In this document: in pieces, positions 1 to 11,532 of the stretch
Position numbering within the stretch: position 1 is the first letter of the stretch
Layout: each line of letters begins with the position of its first letter
DNA from: Oopsacas minuta
Lineage: Eukaryota > Animalia > Porifera
Direction: 5' to 3'
Assembly (NCBI GenBank): GCA_024704765.1
Contig: JAKMXF010000156.1
Location: 1 to 22,858 of the forward strand
Length of the DNA: 22,858 nt
Made by a program: the position numbers and the translations under genes
Notes under the pieces: model-generated
Database searches by the model: none
What the model was told of the DNA's origin: nothing
Seen by the model: the letters and a program-made list of their open reading frames with translations, nothing else

Positions 1-921
1 TGTTAGGATGCGTATAAGGTATGTCATGGAAGAGCAAACCATTGAGAATACTTCCTGATAATGGTTGTATATTAATCATGATTTTGTATCAGAACTTTGA
101 AGCCACCCTGTATGTGACTAGGAATGAAATGTTGATATTCCTTGATTTGGAATTGCTACTTGCGGGTCAAAATCCTACGCAACAGGCCTGGAATGCTCAT
201 TATTCAAGCGGACGTGTTTGAAAGGCGTATTAATGTTGAAGATTTTCAAACCTTACTAATTACATCGGCAAAGTTAGAACTGTCGTTTGCTGTATCTGGG
301 TGCAAGTCACGCTGAATTTTAATAGCTGCACAAGTTGAATCATTGAATATGCGAAGAGCTAGATTAACATTTTGACGTCTTAGACTTGTGAGTTAACACG
401 CCTTGGAACTAAGTCTGTGAGCTTGCTAGACTGCAGAATGCTGTTCAATTTTGTACAACAATCGGATATTATTAAACTTTGCCTCATTCTGGTTGGCAGT
501 AGAAGTAGGGAGTAAAGAATTGATATGCATATCTGGATATATACAAGTAAGATCAGAGTCCTTCAGGTATAGCTAATTGTTTATTATTGACTTGGTAATC
601 AGTACAAAATCAAACATTATATAAAGGTTTCTCTCAGGACAAGCTGGATGTGGAACAACAGGAGGTAATGTCTTTTGGTCGGAAGAATATAATTTGAATA
701 AATGTACATTCAATGAGAAGTTGTCTGTCACGAGTGCTTCAACGGATAAATCACACTTTTCAATATCAAAGATTACAGAGTTGACAGTTAGGTGTAGTTC
801 TTCACCGGTAGAAAAGTTTGAGAGAAGCAACTAACAACTTGTGACCATTTTGTCCAGGGTCATCACGGCAAAACCTTTTTAGTCGGAGTAGTAGAATCAA
901 TTTCACCAAACACCTTCCCAC

Positions 922-983
922 CTAAACAACATAATATGAAAAGTTAGAATACCATAATTAGAAATTATATTACTATGTATTAC
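922..983 (-). other. 62-bp GT-AG intron in the P-element transposase
   Basis: Minus strand CAAG|GTAATA...TTGTTTAG|GTGGG; removal gives in-frame SYQG-GKVFGE directly after the DE motif region, as expected for P transposases. Confidence 0.75.
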
Positions 984-1217
984 CTTGATACGAAATATTA
1001 GATGAAATCTTGGATCTCGTCCATATTGAGGGCAGCATGTCGATTCCTCTTAGAAAAATCTACTGTTAAGTTCTTAAGTATATGGAAATATTTACTATCT
1101 AACCCAATGCAAGACGTAGTGCCCGAAGTGATCTAGTTGTTGGAAGAAATAGACAATCCAATGATTGAAAAAACCGATAGCAGCAGGTGACATCAAATGT
1201 GCTTTCAAGGCGACTAC

Positions 1218-1279
1218 TTAGAATTAGTAAAAAGGGTAAAAAAAGAAAGAAAATAGATAAGAAATGTAGAAACACTTAC
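1218..1279 (-). other. 62-bp intron in the P-element transposase with a mutated acceptor
   Basis: Minus strand CAG|GTAAGT donor, pyrimidine tract, CTAAT branch-like motif, ending TTCTAA instead of TTCTAG; removal joins RRYNVATQ to VVALKAHLMSP in frame. Confidence 0.65.
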
Positions 1280-2400
1280 CTGAGTAGCTACGTTATACCT
1301 CCTTTTGTTTGGTGAAACTAATGGGTTGTTACGCTGACAAGTTATGGACTGTAGGAGGCGTAACAAAGTAGTACCCTTTACAACATGCGCAGTTATTTCT
1401 GTATTTTCTAATATTGAGATTGATGATTGTAATTTAGTGACGGCCTCTTTGATATTTTCTAGAACAAAACTGGATTCAAATAACTCAGGATTAGTGTAGT
1501 TTAGAATTTCCGCAATTAAGATTCCATTTGTCGTATATCGGTTAATCGACTGAGACTCAAAGGAACTTGGTGTTGGCAAGAAACTGCTGAAACTGTTAAA
1601 TCTGAATGAATTGATAAGGTAGATAGAATATGATAGACTGATTGGCGAATTCCAGCTGTATGATCTCTAAGGCATTACTAGAGGAGTACCAGATCGCCCA
1701 ATCTTGTTAAGGTGTAACTCTGGCAATTTAATTTTAAGATCCTCAAAATTCCCCAAACCGAACCGTATTGAATCTTGTTGATCTTGTATAATGCTATCGT
1801 AAGGAGCTCTAGCAGAGTTTTCCTCTTCCTTAGTTTCAAGATTTAAACGCTTTGCTATTTGACCAGTTGTATTCAAATATGATGGGCCTGCTTGGAAATA
1901 ATAGGCACTGCGTTCGGACGGTAAATTGGTCTAATGCATGGTATTTCGGAGTAGCTACCATCAACTTGGAGTGCCCGGTCAACGCGGATAAGATCTTCCT
2001 CCCTAAAATGGTGTATGCAAATGAATATTTTATCCTCTGGAAGGTCTTCGACTAGATCCCTCTGAAGAGCTCTAACCCACTTCTCTTTCAAGCCTCTAGA
2101 TCCTTTCGGTACACTGAAAATAGTGCCAGTGGGGTGACCTCTGTAATTAGTTTTGCACCCAAATACAGAACATGTATTTGGCATTAAGAAGTCTAAAATA
2201 CATTTGAATAAAAGAAAAAGGTAAAACGAAGTAGGAAGAAATGCATAAAGACGAAAAATCAGGGAATGCCGATCACGGGAAATGTTCCCGGTAAAATACA
2301 ACATAAAATACTCCAAAACAGTACATGTGTTCATTGAATAAAATAAATTAATGATATAATATAATTAAGGTTTAGTTGCTATGGGTTATTAATAATATTT

Positions 2401-2582
2401 TATTTAAATGACTTCTATCTCATCCTTGGTCCAATTTCAGAGTCAATTTCCAAATAAAATAGGTACAGTTATCGTTTAAAGTTCATAACTAATAATAAAT
2501 AGCAAAAACCGAATGCTCTTGTAGTTCATCCATGGTTCAGTTTTTTATTGCTGTTTCCAGTCGTTATCTTACGTAGTTCACG
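2401..2582 (-). repeat. Dispersed ~180-bp repeat, copy A (inverted relative to 13962-14140)
   Basis: Reverse complement aligns by hand to 13962-14140 with about 13 mismatches and one 3-bp gap (~90% identity). Confidence 0.92.
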
Positions 2583-2885
2583 ATCCACCTTATCAAATTT
2601 GAATTGAATCCAAATGATTTAGTGGTACTGTAATAGTATTTCGAAACGGTGTGGACTTTTGCACTTTTTGTCCGATTTTCTACACAATTAGGTGAAAAAT
2701 CATGGCTAGAGATCTGAAAAATTGGAATTGTTTAGTCCGGGGTGGTTATGTTGGTCACTAAAACACTTTGATAACCACTCTCATACTCTTTTAGAAGATA
2801 TTAGTGAAAGTCGCTTCATTCAATGATAGGTATCATTCCAACTCCAACACCAATTATTTTCGCTAATTTCTACTAAAGTGTACAA

Positions 2886-2950
2886 CATTGGTTCCCAACC
2901 TATGGGTCGCGACCCCAATTGGGGTCGCGAAGCACATTTTGTTGGGTCGC
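2886..2950 (+). mobile_element. Orphan hAT (Buster/Charlie-type) terminus
   Basis: CATTGGTTCCCAACCT resembles the TIR of the element at 4374; preceded by gtgTAcaa (NNNTANNN target pattern); three GGGTCGC subterminal motifs; no partner TIR found. Confidence 0.7.
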
Positions 2951-4373
2951 AGGCTATTCTCAATACTATCAAAATGTAAACATGTTTGCATTGAAAGTAC
3001 CATATGTAAACAATATTGACAAGCTAAATTATTGTTATTTATTCTTTCGCGTTTTATATCCTTGTATTAAATACAGTCTGTTAATGATTGTGTAAATTGT
3101 NCCTTACACTCATACTTACGTTTACTTGATTGGTTCCTGAAAGTATTATATCGGAAAGCATCGGGAAGACGTAGCTAGGCTGATCATGTAAATATTAGAA
3201 CCAGCCATAAACTGATTACACAACAGATTTAAGGAGTTACGAATATTCAGTATGACCAACCTTGAAACGAGTTCGTCAATTTGTGGATTCAAGAAATTCA
3301 TTTGAGTAGTGATACCAACAATGCGATTGGATGTTTGGAGAATCTCGAAATTGGGTATTGATTAGGCCAGATAACATTTACATAACAATCTTTCAAATCA
3401 AGAGGAGAAACCATAAACTAGAGAAAATGAGAACGATCACGGACTGTTTGAAATATGAGATTAGACACTTTCCAACCCATCTATACCATGTTCAACCAGA
3501 AAGTTGAGCGCGTAGATCACGCATTCTTTAATAGATTGTATAGAGTATGAGTTGATGCCCTTCAAGAGGTTTACTACGTTGTCAATGTAGTTTAAAGTTA
3601 CTCCAATTGGATTTGATACTGATGGGTAAAATTGGAATGGAGGTATAGAGTTGTACGAAAATCACGTATTTTGGACCAACTGTCTAACTTTAAACCTTCT
3701 GAAATTAGAAATAACTTTCCCTAGATTGAGGTTATATGCAAAGAATGTGGACTTTTCGGCGAAACCAATTTGTTTGGAGTGAAGGTTATTATTGCCTTCA
3801 GAAATTCTTTCTGCAATAAGAGCAATGTTATGGCATCCTAGCAACTGCAAAAGAATATAATATCAAACCAACATACTAAATAATGCTGATATCTACTGAA
3901 CTAGTTAATTGAGTACTCTTGAGGCGTACAATTTGAGAATCTGATTTTTTAAATCTTCTAGAGATATACAGATAAATACCGACAGAGCAGCTGGGGCTGG
4001 AGTTTCAGAACTTGTTATATAGTCCTGACGCTTAAGAACTGTTTGTTCAAGATTATTTTCCGACTGATCGTGGTGAATTAGTTCTCTATGCCGAGTACAC
4101 CTCAAAATGGAGTTCTACACTCATTTGAGAACGTTGTAATTGTCAGTCGATTTCAAGTTTTTCTCCAATTATTCTACTTACCAAATTGACATTTACTTTA
4201 GCTTTTCGATGGTCCTCTTTGGTATCTAGGAATATTTCATTTTACTTTATGAAGTGTAAGTGACATTTACAGCTTTGTACGACAATAAATATGTGAAATA
4301 ATTTGATTTACACTAATTTAGGCTTAAATATATATATTATTGTAGTTGACATAAATATCACATTCCTATACAA

Positions 4374-6435
4374 CAGTAGTTCCCAACCTGGGTACGCAAA
4401 CTGCTTAATTAAGATATTATAGATTGTTGGTAACTATAATTTGTAGATTCAAGTTGACGAATAATAATGTTGGTGTTAAACACTTACTGTGATACCATGT
4501 CTACTTACGTATGTATTCATTAGTTTAGTGTTTTATATAAACATCACATTTCAGTGATAAATATAAATTGTTAGTCCATACTTTGTTATTACATATATTC
4601 TTATTAATACATATTTATTACGTACATTCATATTATGCAATTTCGTACCCTTATTCTTAATGGCATCTGGAAAGAAAAGATGAATGTAATCCGACGAATA
4701 TATGAAATATGGTTTACTTCAATCAATATCGATAACATTGAGCGTCCACAGTGCGTTATCTGCTTTAAATACTTTCTGCTGACAGCATGAAATCAAGCCT
4801 TTTGAATAAACATTTAGAAAGATCTCATGCTGAACTTACAGACAAAGATCCCTCGTATTTTCAACAAAAGAAACCACAAACATTTGGGGAACATTTGGTC
4901 CTTCCTTGCATCAAAGAAGCAGTTAGGTTAATGTTAGGTGAAGATGACGTTAAGAAATTAGCACCATTATCCATTTCTAATAACATAGCTCACAGTCGTA
5001 TCGTAGATATGTCAGAAATTGTATCCGAGATGAAACAGCACCATTGGGTTTATTCAGTATCCAGTTAGATGAGTCGACAGATGTAGCTTCATGTACTCAT
5101 TTAATTTGCTTCACGGATTTCAAAAAAGACTTTCTCTTTTGCCTACCATTAACAACAACAAGAAGAGGAACTGACGTATTTGAAAGTTAGCGAATTCTTT
5201 ATTGATAACTGTTTGAACTGCAAAACCTATGTGGTGTCTGTACTGATGGAGCTCCAGCAATGTTAGGACGTCATTCAGGGTTTCAATCCTGAGTTCGAAC
5301 TCAAGTTTCAGATGTTTTGTCACTTCATTGCATGATACATAGACATGCTCTTGCTGCTAAAACATTCCCACCTTTGCTTTCAGATGTTATGTTTGGGGTT
5401 ATCAAAATAGTAAACTACATTAAGCGTAGTTCCTTCAATACCCATCTATTTCGAGAGTTATGTAAAGATCTCGATGCGAGTTCAGAAACCCTTCTATTTC
5501 ATACGTAAGTGCGCTGGCTATCCAGAGGTAATGTTGTTAAGCGAGTGTTTGAATTAAGAGCCGAAATTCAAGAGTTTATTTTGCAAAAGACTCAACAAGA
5601 CTTAATGTTGCATTTAACTTTGACGAGCAGAGCTTAAAACTTGCCTACCTTATTGATATTTTTTCTCAACTGAATTGACTAAATTTATCCATGCAAGGAA
5701 GAGAAAACACAATACTTGACTTTGGGGATAAGGTCAATGCATTTGTAATGAAATAAGATCTGTGGAGTGGTCGAATTAGCAAAGGAAAATTGGACCAGTG
5801 TCATAATTTGAATGCACTTACTACTGAGAAGAAGACAGTTTTAGATATTGAAAGAAAGAAGTAATCCTGGAGCACTTGAGAGCACTACATAAAGTATATT
5901 TATCATACTTTGAAGATGTGAATGACAGAGACTTCAAATTTGTCAGAAATCCTTTCAAAGGTGATTTGAATTCAATCCCAGAAGCCGAGCAGGAAGAATT
6001 AATTGAAATAATCAATGATAGCTATGCAAAAGAATTGTTTACTGAAGTTCATCTGATTAGTTTTTGGTGTAAATGGTCAATGCGTACCCCAAAGTATCTA
6101 AACTGGCAATTAGACTGTTAATCCTATTTCCTTCCACTTACTTATGTGATCCGGTTTTTCGACACTGTTTCACATAAAAACCAAACACAGGAATCGATTA
6201 TCTGTTCAAGACAACATGCAATGTGCAATTGCAAATACTCCGCCGACATTAAGAATCTAGCTGCATTGAAGCAATCGAAACCATCTCATTGAGAAACGTA
6301 ATTTATTATAGCATAATTCATTCTAGTAAAATAAATATTAACATAATAAACTCAGCTATACTTTATCACAGGGGTACGCGGGAAATTCTCCTATCGCTAA
6401 GGGGTACGTGAGTTTGGAAAGGTTGGGAACTACTG
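4374..6435 (+). mobile_element. hAT superfamily, Buster-family DNA transposon (2062 bp, non-autonomous)
   Basis: Perfect 16-bp TIRs CAGTAGTTCCCAACCT (4374-4389, 6420-6435), perfect 8-bp TSD CTATACAA (4366-4373, 6436-6443) fitting NNNTANNN, GGGTACG subterminal motifs at both ends. Confidence 0.97.
4660..6292 (+). pseudogene. Buster-type (ZBED5/ZBED8/SCAND3-like) hAT transposase pseudogene
   Basis: Across frames: YMKYG...RPQCVIC (BED finger), SIQLDESTD, CGVCTDGAPAM, LHCMIHRHALA, VRWLSRG, LAYLIDIFSQLN, TYLC-SGFS, KQSKPSH*. At least six in-frame stops, several frameshifts, and an internal deletion joining FQQKK to PQTFGE. Confidence 0.93.
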
Positions 6436-7609
6436 CTATACAACAAATCCGAATCACAATATTATGGTACATACAAGATTGGGATACGATTCTTCAATAA
6501 CTTATCCGTTGCCCAGTTATTAGCATTCGTTATTGAACACAAGATACTATTATGAATATCCTATATAGTCATAAATTATAAGAAACGAAATAAATTAGAA
6601 TATTTTTGGAATTTAAATATGGCGTAATACTTTTCAAATCCAAACATATTCTTAAAATCTGACACACCATAAAAATTGTCTTTAGTTAAACCCCAGTAGC
6701 CAAAAGTTCAGCGGAAAATAATAAAAATTGTTGAAGTTATAACTGGAAATATTTACCCAAAATAACCTCTATGTATTTTTGAAGGAGGCGAAGGAAAATC
6801 AACACGAGCTCTACTTAGAAATGGTGCTGGAGTTTATTCAGATTTCTTATACCAGCATCCCATTGTAGCATATTTAAGAGAACATTCAAGCCCATTTGCT
6901 TATGAATTAGCCAAAGCACAAGTATAATATCTATGAATTACTTAATCGAGAAATCTTTTCAGGTATAGTATTTATCGGAAAATGAAGAAACTTATTATCT
7001 GAAGGAAATAGTCGCATCTGATAATGGTCCCAAATAGAATGAACAGAATCTTAGTCACCAAGAAGTGATTCCCAATGAGCAGTTAAGCACAGCTGATTTA
7101 CGACTTATCTCAGAAACAATATGTCAAAATAATGTTTTATTGAGACATACAACAATAAATTGTCCTTGTCTCTATCCAACTTGCTGGAGAATACTTACCG
7201 TCACATTTTCCGCATAAACTCCTGAAAGTGCTAAGAATGTTCAGTTAGAGCTAAGAAAAATGTTCACCGGTTTGCTCTCGTCGAATGAAGACACTAACTT
7301 AGCATGAAACAGGAATATATTCAAGAAAAAAAGAATAGTTTCCAATCCTAAATTTCACATGTTCGAGGACGACCCCCTCAAAACGAAAGAAGGTAATCAC
7401 CAGACTGCAAAAAAAGTAGCTATTACCATGAATTTAATATATCTTAGCAACGTACATAGTTACTCATTGTACTTCCATAATTCACTAACAAATTATGCTT
7501 TTTCAAATTCTTTGTAACATAAGCGTTTAATGTGACTCTCTTCTTAGATTTTGAGATATCACCCACTTTGTACCTTTTAAGCACAACATTTCAAGTCTTT
7601 AAGAATGTT

Positions 7610-7930
7610 CAACTTCGATTCGTGTGTATTTCATGGAGCATTAATTTCCTGTATTAAGTTACTTCACCATAGTTCAACAAATCAGCTATTTCATGTCCTA
7701 TAGAAAGAAGAGCAAGGCTTGAGAGCCTTTCTTGACGCATAGTTGATTTTAGGTATCTTTTATCAACTTTAACCTACTGAAGCTTATTTCTACACAAGCA
7801 GTAGCTACTGGAATAGTGATAGAGATTCTTAAGAGTATAGACAAATTTGGGAATCCTTTTTTAAACAGTGATACGTATGTTTCTTCTAAATTACCGGTAG
7901 AATCAGCAGAATATTGCCAGGTATCATCTA
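7610..7930 (-). pseudogene. hAT transposase C-terminal dimerisation-domain fragment (ZMYM1/Tip100-like, unrelated to the Buster copy)
   Basis: FPNLSILLRISITIPVATACVEISFSRLKLIK, then after a frameshift YLKSTMRQERLSSLALLSIGHE; cut off at the TA preceding the MITE at 7931. Confidence 0.88.
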
Positions 7931-8300
7931 CAGTCAAACTTGTCCATAGCGGCCACCGAAGGGACTGGCCAAAAGTGGCCGTTATATACAGGTGGTCACT
8001 ATAGAGAGGTTGGCCGCCTTACACTGGTGTGGTAGTAACTATATGTTAATGGTAGTTTATAGAGAAGTTGGCCTTTAAGACAAGTGACCGATTTTTAAGA
8101 TGATACAGCGTAATGGGGCTTGCAAAAGGTAGACTTATTTTGAGGCGACCACTATATAAACTGGGCTTTATATATAGGAACTGGACGTTATAAAGAGGTA
8201 GTGCCGTTATAGACTGCTTTAGTGCCAGTAAGGGACCAAAATTGGTGGCCGCTATGTGAAGGTGACAGTTATATAGAAGTGGCCGTTTAACAGGTATGGC
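7931..8300. mobile_element. TA-flanked CAGT-ended MITE (Tc1/mariner-pogo-like), right end degenerate
   Basis: TA|CAGTCAAACTTGTCCATAGCGGCCACC; 13-bp perfect inverted match 7945-7957 vs 8244-8256; recurring GTGGCCG(C/T)TAT subterminal motifs; right terminus decayed around 8300. Confidence 0.6.
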
Positions 8301-8317
8301 ACAATACATATTGTAAT

Positions 8318-8470
8318 CAGGGGCGGATACACGATTTTGTAAGGGGGTGAGTGAGGAATAATTATTGGATAGGCGAAAACTTTCTGAATTCTGTCAGCTC
8401 TGAGGTTGAGTCTGTTACAATTTGACCTCAAATACCCGTAATCATAGGCTTACGGGTAGTTGTATTCCTG
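8318..8470 (+). mobile_element. Possible orphan left end of a CAGGGGCGG-type non-autonomous hAT-like element
   Basis: CAGGGGCGGATACACGATTTT...AAGGGGG resembles common hAT-like MITE ends; 9-bp hairpin at 8433-8458; no matching right TIR found. Confidence 0.4.
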
Positions 8471-8815
8471 GGGGGAGGGCTGCGAAATGAGATTGCTAGA
8501 ATATTGGCATACTATAATTGTCCGATATTAACGATAAATTTGCCCGAAATCATTACTAGATTTTTCTTTTTCCAGTGATAGCAGATTAATTAATTAGATT
8601 ACTTTGTATACCGATTAACTTAAAGGAAATATATCTCAAATCAATTGTAGACCTGAAGAATAATGAATAATAAATAATTTGATAATTCATTATCCTTTAT
8701 CCTGAATTAGTAACTTAGGCTTAAAGTTAATACTGTACTCTACTATAGTACAGAAAATGGGTATGTACTATAGTATAGTTGGCCCATAGTAGAGTTGAGG
8801 TATATATAAGTATCT

Positions 8816-9200
8816 CATAAAGATATATACATCGATTAATTTGTTTGTATGTCCAGAATTGATTGAAGAAACTGGAGGCTTATTTTGGGCATACAAGGGT
8901 ATTTTTCGCCTGGCTCGGACAAGTTCGAATCTTGGACAAAATTATGATGTAATTGTCACCTTTTGGAATTTCAAAAAGTCACATTATTAACCACTACTCA
9001 GCCAATATACAGGATAAATTGTGAAATTTGAATCACAGGTACCTCTCAATGTGCCAAATATCCTGGCGCCATGATTTTGACCAAATGCAAACTAATCATG
9101 GAATTTTACGTCATCATGACTACACAAAAACAATCAAAAATTCTCAAGTACGCATACTTTTCCCAAATATGCATACTTGAGATGTATTTTGATAAATTAC
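8816..9200 (+). repeat. Diverged direct repeat, copy 1 (partner 10281-10620)
   Basis: Colinear blocks shared with copy 2, including GTCCAGAATTGAT, AAATTATGATGTAATTGTCACCTTTT, CTCAGCCAATATA and GTCATCATGACT; roughly 70% identity by eye. Confidence 0.85.
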
Positions 9201-9693
9201 TGAAATTTTTCATGATAGAATCGTTGATAGCATGTTGTTCCACAAACATGTACTTATTAAACGTAATTAATGTATATATGTGTAAACACTAACCAAGCAT
9301 AATTATTTCAAAACAAATAAATATACATATATCCTGGCAATAGAGCGAATATTTGAATTTTCATACAATAATATATCTGAATGAAGTTTATGACAGTGTT
9401 ACTAAACATATCCTCACTAAATCCAAACAAACTTAGATATTTTGTAGCCACACTTTGCTCATTATATAAATAATGAGGTAATTGAATGTTCAATTGAAAA
9501 TTACACAAAATTCAAATGAGATTGAACATTTCTGATAGCATAGTTGAATTCTGTGGTCTATATTACCCAGTATAATATTTAGAAAGTTTAAATCAAATCA
9601 TATTGACTTATTGCAATTTTCAGATTTGTGTCACAAGTGGCACATATCAATATGCGTCCACCACTACGTATGTGAATTAAAATGTTGCAATAA

Positions 9694-9935
9694 TCGAAGA
9701 ATATTGCCCAGTCAATTATGCCATATATGATCACTTTCAAGATTGCGTCTTAACCATCAGAGATATCATATCAAAATGTATTATCAGGGTATGGGAAGTC
9801 GAGTACTACTACATGCTTGTTTGATGATTTGGACATAGAAACGAAGGTGATCAAGCTATTGGTGAATATTTGCAAATATGACACAATTGGATATTTTGTA
9901 TGGGATAAATCCTGAAACCGTAATTGTAGTAATTT
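9694..9935 (+). repeat. Dispersed repeat; uninterrupted paralog of 17777-17817 + 18869-19101
   Basis: Aligns to the two halves flanking the 17818-18868 insertion (~85-90% over the first ~165 bp after the junction); contains a single TATATGAT at 9724-9731. Confidence 0.9.
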
Positions 9936-10245
9936 ACTCTCTACAGAGTTTCAAAACTGGAACATTTTTCTGACATATTTATTAAGTAAGCAATCAAATG
10001 ACTTAATTTTGGCCTGAAAATAGTTTGTAGATGTAAACTGCGAGCGCTGTCAAATATGAACAATACATTATTCATTCCAAAATGTAACGTTTAAAATTAT
10101 GCAACCAATAGAATTCCTTAGCACTGACTTGACGCCTCTTGGACCACGTCCATCAATCAGTACCATTGACTTAGTGTATAGAATGTTGTGGTACAATATA
10201 TATCCTTTAGCTATACTATTAAAACGCAATTAATCTGTATGTACG

Positions 10246-10265
10246 TATATATATATACACACACA
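10246..10265. repeat. Short compound (TA)n(CA)n microsatellite
   Basis: tatatatatata followed by cacacaca. Confidence 0.7.
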
Positions 10266-10280
10266 TGTCTAAATTTATAC

Positions 10281-10620
10281 ACACAAGCATGTATCAATAG
10301 ATTCTGGTTTGTAAGTCCAGAATTGATGGAAATAACAGGTAGACCCCAAGGGCTGTTTTTTTGGCTTGGCTTGGACGAAAATTCACATCTATAACGAAAT
10401 TATGATGTAATTGTCACCTTTTCCAAAAATCATATTATTTGCCAATGCTCAGCCAATATATATTATAGAATTTGAAATTTTGAATCATAGGTATACTACA
10501 ATCTGCGAAATGTCCAGATGTCATGAGTTAGACAAATTGCAAACTCATATGGAAGGACTATGTCATCATGACTGTACAAAAGAATCGAAAGTTCCCGAAT
10601 ATAGATATTTTTGAGAAATT
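10281..10620 (+). repeat. Diverged direct repeat, copy 2 (partner 8816-9200)
   Basis: See copy 1. Confidence 0.85.
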
Positions 10621-11532
10621 TAATAATACCCCAGGCACAAAGTGCCCAAATTACAAACTAACAGCCAGGTATCAGCTCTAGTATTACCACAAATGGTCAA
10701 TATGAATCTGGATGGACCATGGAAAGTAAATATTAAATTTTCAATAAAAAATTGACATCGAGACACGTAGTGCCGAGTATATCCTTTCGCCTACAAACAA
10801 AAGCATCACGAAATGTAACTGTTTAAAACTTGAGCTCACTTGAGGCACTAAGTAGTCGCGTAGCAACCTAGCAAGAGAAGTGCGCTAGTACAATACATTT
10901 ATTAGGGCAAAAATTCCCCGATTCTGAAATATAAAACTACTTATATACCTAGAACCAAATCACAAGAATCTGTAAGGCATCATGCTATATGTTTAGTTGG
11001 TTATGGTTAAATTGAATTACCAAAAGTCTACGAAATTTTGTGAATTTTAAACATTTTTAGCATGCAATCTTGGCCTAATGATAAATTTGATGCATACAAC
11101 TTGTAATCAAGTTTCCTGTTGCTAATAGATAAATTAAATATCTAATTACTAAATTGTGATTATTAGTGCCACTATAATAGACCTTGCCATTTAGTTAAGT
11201 CTGTCTATAATTTTTGCTGATACATATAGAAAATTATTTAGCTTCTGTTTTAAATGATATATAACAACGAGAGCCGGTATTCCCACGATATGATAGGTAT
11301 TTCAAAGGAAATGAGTCAACAATATCAATACTATTTATACTAAGTAGGGGACTAAAATCAAGTAAGTATAAATAACAAAGCAACACATTCAACTATTTTA
11401 TCTATAGCAAGATATCTCGAAAATATGTGGGTTATTAAGTAATAGTTGCTGAAAGAATGAATTCATCCAAAGATTGGCAAATTTTCATTAATTAAATACA
11501 AACTCTAGTATCTGTGAGTAAATCGATAATTG

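Larger units (their letters stand above)
1..2184 (-). pseudogene. P-element superfamily (THAP9-like) transposase, degenerate, 3' part runs off the window
   Basis: ATG at 2184 opens a THAP C2CH domain (MPNTCSVFGC...KWVRAL...ICIHHF...AVP). Stitching frames downstream gives P-transposase motifs: NKRRYNV..ALKAHLMSP, YRFFQSLDCLFLP, LNMDEI (first catalytic D), GGKVFG, KWSQVVS, LVTDNFSLN (second D), HP.PERNLYIMFDFV.I.KSI.NN, RQNVNLALRIFNDST. Multiple frameshifts and stops (e.g. frameshift near 1900, TAG at 1667). No TIR identified. Confidence 0.88.

Noticed and set aside
6775-6800. FEGGEGKST as a Walker A P-loop
   Set aside because: Lacks the first Gly of GxxxxGK[ST] at the right spacing.
8741-8775. 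11-bp inverted repeat TACTATAGTAC
   Set aside because: Made of self-complementary AT-rich low-complexity motifs; no functional context.
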